Counted from the first letter of the whole stretch, positions 47,312-60,708 are shown. The stretch: DNA of 62,259 bases, filler included, from Sphacelaria rigidula (GCA_964200075.2; 9 parts of 9 records of this genome joined end to end with filler, not necessarily neighbours in it), one strand, 5' to 3'. Program-made: numbers and translations. Notes: generated from the sequence alone by a model not told the origin.

Positions 47312-49479
47312 GTGAGTTTGATGCCAAGAAAAAATGTCTCTGCAGCAATGCACCTTTTGTAAGGCGAGATTACATGGAGGTTGATGGTTGTTTGCTTGAC
47401 ACAGCTTCCCCCCCCCCCTCCCCCCCCGAGGCGGGTTTTTCCTTGGCGCGTGCGTCACTACGCGCCTTAGAACGGACCTTGCCCAACACGGAGGCGTTTT
47501 TCTGTGGGGCTGTGGAACCGCTCTGAAGGCGGGTAGATCTATGTTTCTGGGATTGATAGAATCGTAAGGCAGTCGTGCTACAATATCGAGGGGTGGGGGG
47601 GGGGGGGGGGGTATTTTGGCCGTTCATTTCACGAATCGTCTTCAAATCGTCGTTGAAACTAGCAACGGTTGTTCGGACGCTCTTGTCACCGATAATCAAC
47701 ACTCATTCATACTGCTTGACATCGCTTTTATCCAAACACAAGCGCACCGCGAGTGTTGAATCTGCCAGATGCGTTTAGTTTGGCCTTTTTTCTCACAATA
47801 ATATGATTCATGTCGTTGAAAGCGTGGGGACGTAGGTGAGTAGTAAACGTCAGTCTGTTTCGCTGAGTTTGTTGGACGACGGTTGACGCAGTGCGGGCGT
47901 GCTGATGGTCATGATTCAATCCACGATGCCAAAATGCAAGGCGTGTACAGTACCGTGGGAGAGATGGGTGGATCGCTTGAGACACGAACTTGTCCCGAGG
48001 GAGGGGAGGCGTTGAAAATGAAGGAGGAGAAACAGGTATCAAACCTAACCCGGAATCCACCAGGCGAGCATTGGACAATTTCTACGATAGCCCTCCCCCC
48101 CCCCCCCCGACCCAGAAAAAAAAAAGGGAGGCTGGTTTGGGGAGTCAAACTCTACTACACATCGTAAATCGAAATGAAAAAACCCGAGCACAATTAGTAG
48201 CTGGGAATCCGTACGCTTGGGCTCGTTTGCGCAGATGTTGTCCGTATGAGACGCTTCATTCATCCTGAAACCAAACATCAGGCACGGTAGGGCTATTTGC
48301 TTATTGACAGTTTTGGCTGTTTTTTTTGTGGCCGGGCGGGGCGGGGCGGGGCGGGGGGGGGGGGGGGGTCAGATATGATCCGTTCTTCCCGGGCGGCTAG
48401 CTCNNNNNNNNNNNNNNNNNNNNNNNNNNNNNNNNNNNNNNNNNNNNTTAATTAATTAANNNNNNNNNNNNNNNNNNNNNNNNNNNNNNNNNNNNNNNNN
48501 NNNCTGTCAAGCATAGGAGACCCGGGAATCGCGAAAAATTGTGAAAAAATGTGAAAACCGCAGAACCACCACTGATTTGGAAATATCCGTGACGTTAATT
48601 TACACCCCCCCATCTGACAACTTTTCAGCATGTAATCGCGAGTGCTCGACGTCAAAACGTCCAAAATCGGTCAACATCGGGGTATAAGTGGACCCAAAAG
48701 GGCCAAAATGGGGAATATTTTGGTATGATTTTAGTATTGAAAACAAGTTGTTGTTTTTTTCAGTCAGCTTCGTCTGCAGGTTATCTCTCTTACAAGCCCA
48801 ACTGTAGCATGATCGTGAGCATTGAAATACCCACACTAATAAACGTCCATAACGATACAGACTTACGGGACAGAGGAAGTATAAATCAAGTCGTACAGTT
48901 CGTAGTACGAAAGGTTTTGTTGAGATAGGACAGTTTTCTGAGATATCAAGTCGTGGTCACGCTCTATTTGTTTTCCACTCAATCAAGCCCATCAGCTTGT
49001 TATTGGTTTCTGCGGTAATACGGAACCAAGCGTTTCATTGTGTTCATTCGGTCGAGTGAAGCGCCAACTGTCACTTATATTTTCTTCTTTAATTGCACAA
49101 GCAAGTGCTACACAACACTGTGCAGCCTCAGCGAGCTCTCTTGTCAGAGCTGGGTTCATGTGGTGAACCGATTGTTCCTGTCAAGTTGACAGTCGAATAT
49201 TGTGTGTTATACACAAGTCACAGCCATACTTCAATAGGTTTGGGCCTCACCACGTAGTTAGTATACTGTACTGTCGCCTTCAGCACCAGTGACCAGGACG
49301 TCACATCGGAGTCGTTCATCACTACTGCAGCAAGGCACTACTACTGCGGCCAGGAGCGTGGTCGTCACCCAGCAGTGTGGTCGAGAAGCGTGGTCGTCCC
49401 GTCTAGCAGCAAGGACTTGTGAGGAAAATTGAAGTTACGAAGTTACGTTGTGCGAATTTATCACAGATTACAATAGCAG

Positions 49480-50170
49480 ATGAGTTCAACTGGAGAGCCG
49501 TCTGTTACTCAAAGCAATGAAAATACCAATAAATTTGATGAAGTGAATTTTTTGGAGTGGAAGCGTCAAACTAAAGCCGTTATAGCATCAAAACATCCTC
49601 ATTTTCGGAGATTTTAAGCGGTAAAACCCGTCCCACCGAAACTCATAGAAATGTTCGTGGAAGATCCACGATTAGATCAAGCCCGGAAGTAACACGTTCT
49701 CAAGCGAATGGCGTCACTTCAGAAGAAGACGAAAGTAGTAGTGGAAGAGATATCAGTGGGGATAAAATAGTTCTATTCGATCGTCTAAATGAACAATTAT
49801 TCAATATACTTTATTTAACTACAACCGGACCTGCAAACAGTTATCTGCTACGGTTCGAACCACAGGCTAAACCACAGCCGACGATCAAAAAGCTTGGGAT
49901 GGATTGATTGCAAAATGTCAGAATTCATCCAAACAGAGAGGTCGTATTCTGATGAGACAGTTAGACAATTCATCTATGTCGCAGGGTGAGGACAGACGTA
50001 TTCCTCACACAAGTCTAACAAGTTAACGATGAGCTCAATTATATGGGAGAGAGTGTAACTGATGAACGGTAAACAGATGTAGCCATAGAAGGGCTGACTG
50101 ATGATTGCATTTAAATGAAATACGACGCTAAACGAGATCCTGATTTTAGCCTGTTACAGATCAAATCAAC
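49480..50170 (+). pseudogene. Copia gag remnant
   Basis: MSSTGEP...NFLEWKRQTKAVI...NEQLFNILYLTTTGPA...KAWDGLIAK...MGESVTDER...KYDAKRDPDFSL, with frameshifts and stops. Confidence 0.8.
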
Positions 50171-50740
50171 CAAGGTTGTGTTCTGTAAGGTACGGGTACG
50201 TTCTGTAGGGTATGAGATTCCGTACAGAGTTTACAGAACTGTCGGGTACCGGTTTGGAAGTCTCACAGAGTTTACAGAATTGTCGGGTACCGGTATGAAA
50301 GTCTTACAGACTTTACAGAACTTGTCGGGTACGGTACAGGAGGCTTACAGATAACCGGTACCGGCAGTCGGGTAACTCTTTTCGGGTATACCCGCCCCTC
50401 GGGTTCGGGTAAATGTTACGTACAGAACTTACAGAACTGTCGGGTACCGGTATGAAAGTCTTACAGACTTTACAGAACTTGTCGGGTACGGTATGGGAGG
50501 CTTACAGAAAACCGTTACCGGCAATCGGGTAACTGCTTTCGGGTATACCCGCCCTTCGAGTTTGGGTAAATGCTATGTACAGAACTTACAGAACTATCGG
50601 GTATGGGTATGAATGTCGTACAGAGCTGTCGGGTACCGGTATGGAAGTCTTCGAGAAGTCACAGAACTGTCGGGTACAGTACATACCCGGGAAAATTCCC
50701 CGGGTATACACAAAACCGTACCTTACGGAACACAACCTTG
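50171..50740. mobile_element. hAT-like MITE with internal tandem sub-repeats inserted in Copia gag; second partial copy at ~50925-51235
   Basis: 25-bp TIR caaggttgtgttctgtaaggtacgg / ccgtaccttacggaacacaaccttg. Many ttacagaactgtcgggtaccggtatgaaagtc units. No TSD. Confidence 0.85.
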
Positions 50741-51476
50741 GATTCTTTTGTTGGGGTGCTGAAATGAATGAGAGGGCAGGGTGTGGTGGTAGGAGCTGGG
50801 AGGTACATGTTCGGGCCATTAGGTTATGTTTTGATTAAACGTATATCCATACTTCCAGAGGGTATATACCTGTGCTCGTACCTGCAACGGGATATACCTG
50901 CAAGGGTATACCCTAACCCCGGGTAAGGATACAGGAAGCTTACAGAGCTTACAGAAATATCGGGTACCGGTTTGGAAGTCTCACAGAGTTTACAGAACTC
51001 TCGGGTACCGGTATGAAAGTCTTACAGACTTTACAGGTCTTGTCGAGTACGGTACGGGAAACCGGTACCGGCAGTCGGGTAACTCTTTTTAGATATACCC
51101 GCCCGTCGGGTTCGGGTAAATGCTATGTAGAAAACTTACGGAACTGTCGGGTACCGGTATGAAAGTCTTCCAGACTTTACAGAACTTGTCGGGTACGGTA
51201 CAGGAGGCTTACAGATAACCGGTACCGGAAGACAGGTTTAATGGCGTAGGCTACACAAAACAAATTAACATGATGGCACAGAGTGCATATCACATGAATA
51301 ATGGGAACGCAAGTAGTAGTCGTGCATAAAATACTAGTTATCGCTACTGTAATAACCGGAACAACAGTCATAACCGTATTCGTAATAATAATAATAACTA
51401 TCAAAACATACAGAATTATGGACCTGTCAATCAGGCGAACACAGCTACTACAACTCCTACTTCAACTACAGTACCT

Positions 51477-54400
51477 ATGTACACCAATGTCCAGCAATCA
51501 CGTACACCTACTGCAGCGACTGTCACGGAACCTTGTCCACCAAGCGGAGTTGGGTATACCTTTCTTGCTGGGAATCTAGCAGATTCTCCTAACACGCATG
51601 TGGCAACCCCATTTACGATGGTGGTGGACCGCGGGGCCAGCAACCACTTTCTGGATTCCCGCCTACTTCCTAATATTGAAAGGGAGATGCTCGGCCTCGT
51701 TAAGCTTGACTCACCCATGTGCATATCAGCAGCAGGAAGACACATGTTACAATGCACAGGGAAAGGCATTATTCAATCATTGGTTACTGACGTCAATCGT
51801 TTTGAATGCTCCGTTAGTTTGCCCGTCGTGATAGATTCAGGTCTAGGAAAACATATATATTCTCCTTGCGAGGCCCTGAGCAAGGGTGTTTCGATCGTGC
51901 TTTCTACAAAGTTACACATTGATGTAGATGATTTAAAAATTGCAGTTGCAATTAAGGATGCTGGGACATTACATAGTATTAGCTTGAGCATTGTTCAAGA
52001 ACAGAAGAACTTCCATGGAACAGCACTGGCATCTACAACGATTTCTGGGACAGTCATGGGGTCAGGTACTGCGTATGCAACTGACGTTATTGATCTAGAA
52101 CAACCCGAAGGTCCTTCGACTAACTCAACTGTAGTGAGAGCAAAAGTCTGGCACAAAAGACTAGGTCACCCGTCTAAACGAGTTATGCGTTGTGTGAAGA
52201 ATATTACAGAATCAGGTGTAAATTTCGAATGCACACTTACTTCATGTGACACTTGTATGTTCAATACAAGTACACAGTAAAATCACCCGAAGACAATCAA
52301 CTCGGACAGTATTACCGATCGTCTTCAACTTGTCGACACTGATATTTTAGATCCAGTGACACCTATACTGTAGTAATAGGAGGATTCAAGTATTTGGCTA
52401 AATTTATTGACTATTTCAGTAGATTGAAGGTTGTATATTTCATCAAAAGTGAGGATGAAGCTTCAACGACACCCCACAAATTCATCCAGGATCTAGCAAT
52501 TCCCCTAGGATTTCGAGTTCAACGTATAAGGACAGATCGTGGGGAAGAGTACATCGCAGACTATTTTAGACAATGCTGTGAAATGACAGGGATTCTACAA
52601 AAATACACAGCACCTTATACGCCGCAACAGAGTGGGATGTCGGAACGTGACGAGAGAAGTATCCTGAGCGTTGCTCGATATCTATAAAATGAAGTAAATC
52701 TACCCAAGAATCTATGGGGAGAGATTGCTGCAACTGCTGCATCTTTAATTAATCACCTACCCCATAGTGGCATTGATGGTAAAATTCTCCATCATCGAAT
52801 GTTCGGAAAATATGCCAAATTATCATTTTTGCGCATAATCGGCTCACATGCTTTTGTACACACAGAATTTCATACAGTAGTAGGCGGTCTGACTATCCAG
52901 CGGTGTTTTGGAGTTTTCTTCGCGTACTACTCTTTGATAGGCTCGAAATTGCCAGCGTCGGTAAATTTTGGTACAATGAACAGATCATCCTCGAAACACA
53001 GTGCCCAAGTCAGTGTCAGTTGGTGCTATCGGGCGATACGAGTAAATACCCCGTTTATCAGGAGGGAGTTATTGATCGTGGAACACAGTTTTTCGGCTCT
53101 ATTGCAATGAGTAGGTAGATTTTCAAAAAATGAAACTGAATATTTCTTCACAAAGATGGGACAAGCTCGATCGACCGGAGTACCGAAGAGTAAGAATCTG
53201 GACTGAAACGTGGCAGGACCCCCGATGACCGATCAGCCCGTAAGTCGCGCAAGAGTGAGTACAGACGACTTTTTTTTCTTGAAATGTGGAGCGGATACAA
53301 ATATCTTCAGATCTTCAATGTGATAGGCGATGGCAAGCGAAAAGAGCCCAAGAAAATCGACGATTACGAAAAAATCACAAAATGACACAAAATGAATGAG
53401 TAGATCGCCCACTGCTGTATTAGTAAGTTAGAGCAAAAGACATGGGAAGATGTCCTAGTAGGCTATGACTCTGATAGTCTGTCTTACCGCATTTAAAATC
53501 GAGAAACTGGTCGAGTCATAAGTTCGAGAAATGTCACCTTCATAAAACAAGCAGCCAGAATCATCCCCAATGATACACAGGCTACGTGGGAAAGAGAAAT
53601 GGGGATGAAAACGAAAATGATACTTTCGAACTTTCACATGATGAACAGAACGAAAAATCAAGTTTTAACGTCGATGTATACGACGGTATTATTCATTCGG
53701 AGCATTCATCTACTGAGCAAACTACACCTGTGGAACTTCGTTCTGCAGGGAGCCCAGATCAAGATACATCTCAACGGACAAACACGCGCCAAGCCGAAGA
53801 ATTGCGCAAACTTGCCATCAACACTGTTGAATACCATCAACACTCGGATGAAATTCTATACAGTGTTACCCAATATATATATGAGTAGTCGGTATCGAAA
53901 ATGCAGTGTTATCTGCATCCGTTCCAATTCCAACTACCTATAAACAGGCGCTATCTTCACCATTTGCGACAAAGTGGAAGGCTACCATGTTAGACGAACT
54001 GCAAAGCATATCGGACCACAAAGTGGCAGATACTGTTCCAGCGAGTTTGGTACCTCCAAACAACAACATAATTGGCACACGCTGGATGTACAAAGTCGAA
54101 GCAGATGGAAGATTCAATGCTCGTTTAGTTGTCGACGGTTGGGCACAGAAACATGGGTTTAACTAGGGAAGTACCTTCGCACCTGTATATAGACTGAAGA
54201 GTCAGAGAATTCATCAGCAATAGCTACAGCTAAAAATTGGGATAAAATAGCTCTTTTGCCTAACCCTAACCCTAATAATAAGCTCTAGATGTACAGACCG
54301 CATCTTTAAACGACAGATTGGAAGAAACTGTGTTCTGTCAACAGGCACCTGGATTCGAAACGTCAGATCCAGATACTGGCAAACCACATGTGATGCGTCT

Positions 54401-54920
54401 TAGGCGTGCTTGATACGGACTTCGGCAAAGTCCTAATGTGTGGAAGTTTACAATTGACACTGAATTGCAGAACATGGGTTTCAAAGCAACTGCAAGTGAT
54501 CCGTGTGTTTATACAAGGGAACAACAAGGACATTATGTTATGATCATTTTGTTATTTTATAATATCCTAGTTATGGGACCATCCGTCGAAGTTTCACAGA
54601 GTGTACAAGATACACTGAAAACAATATTTTCTATATCAAAGTTAGGCCCTGTTTCACTTACTTTAATTGTGGAGGTCACCAGAGACTCTGAAAGAGGAGG
54701 ATTTCTAAAACTTTCACAGCATAAATATGTACTGAATTTGCTACAAAAGTTCAAAATGGAATCCTGCAACACCGTATATACACCAGGTATAGCAAATCAA
54801 TATACAAAAGAACCGGAAGAAAATATTTTAGATCACGAACAGACGAAACAATATCGAGCAATGGTAGGTAGTCCAATTTCTCTAGCATAATGCGCCAGAT
54901 TCGACGTAGCTTTTAGTCTT
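51477..54920 (+). pseudogene. Copia pol remnant
   Basis: PR VVDRGASNH. Gag-pre-integrase WHKRLGHP...CDTC. IN core FIDYFSR, IRTDRGEEY, TAPYTPQQSGMSER. RT PTTYKQA, IGTRWMYK, FNARLVV, YGLRQSP, SDPCVY. Multiple stops. Confidence 0.95.
52875..53417 (+). mobile_element. 543-bp Tc1/mariner-type MITE inserted in the Copia integrase SH3 region
   Basis: TIR cagtagtaggcg / cgcccactgctg. TA TSD (52873-74, 53418-19). Removal restores the Copia frame. Confidence 0.93.
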
Positions 54921-56714
54921 ACTCATCGATATTTTCCTTATACCATGCTTTAGATAAAGGATTGGACATTTTATCATCTAGAACGAAGAGCAAATCACGG
55001 TTCTGGTAGAGTGCTGGAAGACTTACAAGAGAGCTAAATATTGTAGGATAAGTACTAGCATACATAAACCCCAATCTAGTGAGATCATGGGCCATTTGCC
55101 TCCTTCCGAATACTGACTGCCCAGGCACCAAGACCTACTCGACTATATCGCTTCTTGCTCCCCATGTACTGCTACTAGCTCCATGTTGTTGGCTTGATGT
55201 GCCGTTGTTTCTTGTCTGGTGACGATTTGAGCGTCTACGGTTAGCAAAAGAAAATGTCAAAAATGGTAGACGGTTAGGACAAATAATGATTCGTCAGGAA
55301 ATTACTTGGTTTTAGTATAATAAGTTGACTCNNNNNNNNNNNNNNNNNNNNNNNNNNNNNNNNNNNNNNNNNNNNTTAATTAATTAANNNNNNNNNNNNN
55401 NNNNNNNNNNNNNNNNNNNNNNNNNNNNNNNCATTGAAGCCACCGCTTCACCAGCTGGGCGCATTAATCCTCGAACTGTGGCGATGTCAAAATCGACGGC
55501 AAAATCAATAGTTTCGGGTCTCACTCCGAACCTGAAACTACGTTCTGAATCTCACGAATATAGTGTTAGACGTGGTCAGAACCTTTTGGAACAACACGTT
55601 TTTCAACAAATGTTTTGGAAATTTTAGAAGTCGCCCTTCTTACGTGGTCGACGTACTATTAATATCAACATTGAAAAGGCAGTGGTCATCGTTTCCTGTG
55701 ACGTGTGCAGGCATCATTTCGGAATGTAGGGCGCGCGAGAAAGACGCGGCTCTCTGCGGTCCTGCGGTCGTGTGCGGTCCGTACTGACCGTACTACTCTG
55801 ATACATTGCCTCAGCAGTACATGGTGGGCCGTGTGACGCGAGACCATCAAGAACAACACCGCCTTCCTGTACCAACTGACTAAATAACTGGCGGCTGTGC
55901 TTGTCCAGCGGACGGTAGTACTTGAGTGGAAGGAGAGGACGGACAACAGTACACGCAACAGTGCTGTATTGCATGCATTGGCTGTCGTACTATAACAGTA
56001 GCACTATTCTTGGTCTTGTGTGTACCGTCAGTGTGGTCTTGGGTGCGTAGACAGGCTCTTGTGCAAAGCCACGCCTGTTCGCAACACGCTGCATGCCCAC
56101 ACCTCAACTGAGCTGCAACTTCGCAACACTGTAGTACTCGGTTGTACGGGCAGCACCGACAACAGTACAGACACCGCTGTGGTGTTGTAGGCGTTGGATG
56201 TGCTGCAGTAGTAGCACTACCTATCCCACAGTGTTGTGTGTACTGTCACGCCGGTCCTGTCGGCACAAGGCGTGGGTGCGTGGGCAGTCTGCAAAGCATT
56301 GCGATGGGTGTTCGCAACACGCAGCGCGCACAGCCATGAAGTGAGCTAGAACATTGCACGGACGACGTACGGCATGGACTGTCCTGTCTGCACAGCAGTC
56401 GGCAGCGACCCTGCGCTCTATTGTTCTCATGGGGTACAGGGCCAGCACGCTACTGGCGACCAAAGAACAATGATGCAAGACGCTGAATGCCCGCGAGCAC
56501 CAGCGCCAGCATCAGTACTTATGTCAGCGAAGCCATCACAGGTGCTTTCGTGGGCTGTGATGTGTGTTCAAAAGAGGTTCAAACGCTTTTTCGATCACAT
56601 TTTTCGATAGCTCGAGGTTATGGGAAAATCCTGACGTTCTCATCACTTTTGCCTATCGGCGAACGTTATGATAAGAGTTTTTATGACAACATGCGTCTTG
56701 TGCGTCACACAGCA

Positions 56715-57670
56715 AGGCCGTTTCTTCCGGTTCGTACTTTGTTTGGCTCGTATTTCCCACTTTTAGGACATTTGACAAGGTTGTTGACCCCTAAAGAGGG
56801 AAAACCGCCACCACACGTGTTGGGCACTTCGTATAACCCCACCGAGAGAAGCCTGGCCGACTTTTCCGATTCGCCTGCGTCAGAGATTTCAAGAGCGGCA
56901 TGTGGACTAAAATACGAGAAAGACATGTATTGCACAGTCTGTGCGTGACAATACGTACAGCCTGTGCAATATATGTTCTTCTCATATTATTGTCCAGAGG
57001 CCGCTCTCGAAATGTCTGACCCAAGCGAATCGGAAAAGTGGGCTAGGCCCCTCTCGGTGGGGTGATTCAAAGTGTCCAAGATGTGTGGTGGCGATTTCCC
57101 CTCTTTGCGGGTCACAAACATTGCCAAATGTCTTAGATCGCTTCTTATAACAGAGAAAATTAATTTTCTGCAAAAGTGCGCTTTTTTTGGAGCTTTTACG
57201 TCGTTTCACGCCCCAAAAGAGAGCTAGGCGCAGGTTGACACCTTGGAAGGACTACTTGTTCTACTAGTTGAGGCGGTTCCAGGGCCTCTTCCCGATTTCC
57301 GGTGGCCGCAGTTTTTTTTTGGCCAAACAAGACCTTTGCCCAAGGATGGTGAAAAAGAGTTAAATGTAAAAAAAATCGCCACTTTTCTGTGGACTTGACT
57401 GTTTTTCACCGTTCATGGACAGAAATTATTAGTTCGGTCAACTTAAAAATTGCGGCCCCCGCAAAATGGGCAGAGGTCCTGGAACCACCTAAAGTAGTAG
57501 AGCAAGTCACTCGAAGGTGTCAAACTCCGCCAAGCTCTCTTTTGGGGCGTAAAACGACGTAAAAGCTCCAAAAAGTCACTTTGGCAGAATCTTCTTTTCG
57601 TCTGTTGTAAGAAGTGACCGCGGAAGTGGAAAATACGAGCGAAACAAAATACGAACCGGAAGAAACGGCC
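56715..57670. mobile_element. Foldback element with a second MITE (56765-57136) nested in its left arm
   Basis: Three inverted pairs: 56715-56762/57623-57670, 56763-56899/57000-57138 and 57139-57320/57443-57618. The arm sequence also occurs at ~14400-14545. Confidence 0.8.
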
Positions 57671-57761
57671 TAGAAGCCCCACATATCTGCGCTCCCACGA
57701 AAACGAGACCCTGAAACAAAAAATGCAACCCGTATCGTAGCATTGGCCAGACGAGGTATTA

Positions 57762-57970
57762 CAGGCATATGTCAAAGTCGCCTCCTGGTATGCAGGTTTG
57801 TTTTGTCATATTTTTCAAGTGAAGGTGATGTCGATTCATGAGATGATGAGACCGTGTGACTGCCAGGCCAGGTCCTTTCATGAATCGCGATCACTTTCAC
57901 TTGAGAAACAGTTTACGACTCAGAGCCAGCGAATAAAACTTTGATACCGGGCGCCGAGTTTGACATACCT
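57762..57970. mobile_element. ~210-bp hairpin MITE
   Basis: tatgtcaaa.tcg...ggtat pairs with atacc...cga.tttgacata. Inner tcaagtgaaggtgatgtcgattcatga pairs with tcatgaatcgcgatcactttcacttga. Confidence 0.7.
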
Positions 57971-58259
57971 CTAATAGTTGATCACAGGTCGAGGCGTGAT
58001 GCATGGGAAATAGTGTGCTATTCAAGCCGGTGATATCCCGAAGGACATCCCGCGGGCACTACTCCGTCATGTTTCTAGAGCATTTGAACAGTTGTTAGCT
58101 CCGCTCTGCGCACTGCGAACGCACTCATTATTGAGTAACAAACGCGCCAAACGTCGGAAGTGGGCCATCAATGATTAATGGAAATGCCCGGTCGCTTTTC
58201 CTGTTGTCCATACCCAAGAAAGGATAAGTCGGCAGCATTGTCTGGTATAGAACGCAGTA

Positions 58260-58804
58260 CAGCATCGGGCGGTCTATCTATTCATTTCGAGGCATTTTAT
58301 CCTTTCTTCGTAATGGCGCTTTTCTTGGGCTATTTCTCGTTGCCACCGCTTATCACATTGCAGATCTGAAGATATTCGTATCCGCTCCACATCACAAGGC
58401 AAATAAATCATGTGTACTCAATATCGTGTGACTTACGGTCTGACCGGTCATGGGGGTCCTGCGACGTTTCAGCCCAGGTTGTTACTCTTCGGTGTTCCGT
58501 CGATTGAGCCTGTCCCGATCCCATTTCCATGAAAATGTACAGTTGTATTTCTTTTAAATTCTGCGTCGTCATTGCACTGGAGCCGAAAAGCTGTGTTTGA
58601 CGGTGAAGAACACCGTCCTGATAAACCGAGTATCAACTCGTTTCGCCCGATGATACGAACAAACACAGAATTGGGCACTGTGTTTTTCGGATGATCTGTT
58701 TATCGTACCAAAATTACCGACGCTAGCAATTTCGGCTTCTTTCGAACAGTAGTACGCAAGGTAAACCCCCAAACGCCGCTGAAGAGTTACACTGCCCACT
58801 ACTG
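58260..58804 (-). mobile_element. 545-bp Tc1/mariner-type MITE, same family as 52875-53417
   Basis: Reverse-complement colinear with 52875-53417. Ends cagcatcgggc / gcccactactg. TA on both flanks. Confidence 0.9.
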
Positions 58805-59987
58805 TATACTCTCCAGACACGTCAAACGTCGTGGGTAACTCTGTTTGGCCCCTCTCTCCAGTCGTGGTTGAAGGAGCAGTGACACGTGTGCTCCACTCAT
58901 TAATTTCCCCACGAGGAGCAAAGACTCCAGGGCTCGCCCTGTGAATATATACTGCAGAGAACTATACGCCGCTTCAGTATTACTCTAATCTGCGTGTGTG
59001 CGACGGGGGGGGGGGGGGGGGGGGGGCGGCGCTCGAGAAGAATTTACGGGCTTTGGAGGTTGACGCTGGTACACCTGCAGATACGCATATGACCTTATAT
59101 ATTCTACCTTCAAGAAAAGTACAAAATGTCATCATCAGTATTTGCTCGTCGGATTGCTGCCTCATCCACTCCAGTCGTTCATCACGACCGATGAGTCATA
59201 TGCTGGAGTCACTTGCTTATCCACAATGACCAATGACTGGAGCACCTGCCTTTTTCATTTCTGCCACAAGGGGCAATGAGCGGAGGGCTCGCCCTACTAA
59301 CTCTTTCGACGACGAGCAATTACTCGAGTGCTCGCCGTATAAATGTTTCTACAAGTAGGAATGACTGGAGTACTCGCCCTACACATTGCTTCCGCTGGGG
59401 AAGACCCCAACGAGAGGGAGTGCCACGAGGCATAATCGCGCTTTTCAGAGGTGTGAAAAACTCCTTCCTCGAACTCCATGATTCGGTTTTGTTTCACAAA
59501 ACAACAACACGTCTGTAGTACTCTGTATTGCAGGTAGTGCAGCGAAGGAAGCTTGAAGCTCTACGACAGTCGATCACTGTGGGCACTGCGGTGTAATGCG
59601 GCGGTACAGAGGAATGCACTCCCGCGGGTAGGCGCGTACCACGAAACATATTGTCGAGGTGATCGCTCAACCACCGAGCACCTTGTGCGCCGCCAGTGGT
59701 CATGTTCCGATGGCGCACACTGTACTGTTGTATTACATATTGTACAATACCTGTAATAATGTACTCAACACGAATACGTACTGCATATTTTACCGTCTTC
59801 TCTGCGGGGGAGGGGGGGGGAAACTCGTGGCGTCGAATGGTTAATGGGTCTGGGAACAGTTGCTTATTCTACAAGGCTGCAATGTCGGTGACACTGTTAT
59901 AGTCCGCCGACGTTCTTGCATATTTCAAGAAACCACCCTCATTTTCGCTCCGATCCGAGTACGATTTCTTCCGGTCAATTTCCTCAC

Positions 59988-60046
59988 CTCTGAAGATGTA
60001 GAGCCTCGACGTCTTCACCGATTAGATTTGAAGTCGTGGTCGCCAC
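59988..60046 (-). CDS. Possible 59-nt internal exon
   Basis: Minus-strand acceptor gtgctgttttccag| and donor |gtgagg flank the open frame VATTTSNLIGEDVEALHLQ. Splice signals are the only support. Confidence 0.25.
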
Positions 60047-60708
60047 CTGGAAAACAGCACACAAGGTGAATTCGAGAAGAGTTTCGGAGTTTCATTCACC
60101 AGAGATGGGAACAAATATACCATGAACCGAACAGAAGGGTAAGGTGCATTTCCTCCGCCGCTGTCGCGCGAGGACGATGTCACAGCAGCCGAAGACGATG
60201 AAAATAAAGTCCGACGTCGTCGGTTTTCCCTCTGCAATGCTATAGGGGCAGTTAGCACCGGAGAGGTGGCGAGGTTTGTTGGCAGTTGGCCTCGAAACAT
60301 CCCACTGCCCATGCGACGCATTCGCGTAGGACATGCCGCCGACCAGTTGCACAACATCGATCACCTGCGGCACTGTGGAGAAGGCAATGATTCCAACGGC
60401 AGGTCGGATGTGGTGTATAGTGTCGAGTACTCGAGCCAAATCGCTGGGTATGTCTTCTACCCGACGTTAGGGTAGTATGGGTACGGCGTCAAACACTCAA
60501 CCTGAATTTCGCGGGCATTGGGTACCACGGGGTATAACCCACCGAAAATTAGGGCAAGGACACCGACGAAGAGGAGGGTTTACTCCATCATGACTCAATC
60601 GCTTCACCGGAATTGTGGCGAGATACGGCATGGGCTGCCGTCGTCTGGCCATATGTTGGGTGGACAGTGCGCAGCCTCGAACACTAAACGAACACCACTT
60701 GAATGGAC

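Larger units (their letters stand above)
48918..54920 (+). mobile_element. Decayed Ty1/Copia LTR retrotransposon (5' LTR end, PBS, gag, PR, IN, RT; 3' truncated)
   Basis: LTR end ...acttcaata at 49236, followed by PBS-like ggtttgggcc (cf. Copia GGTTATGGGCC). Domain order gag-PR-IN-RT. The LTR start (tgttga at 48918) is a guess. Confidence 0.93.
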
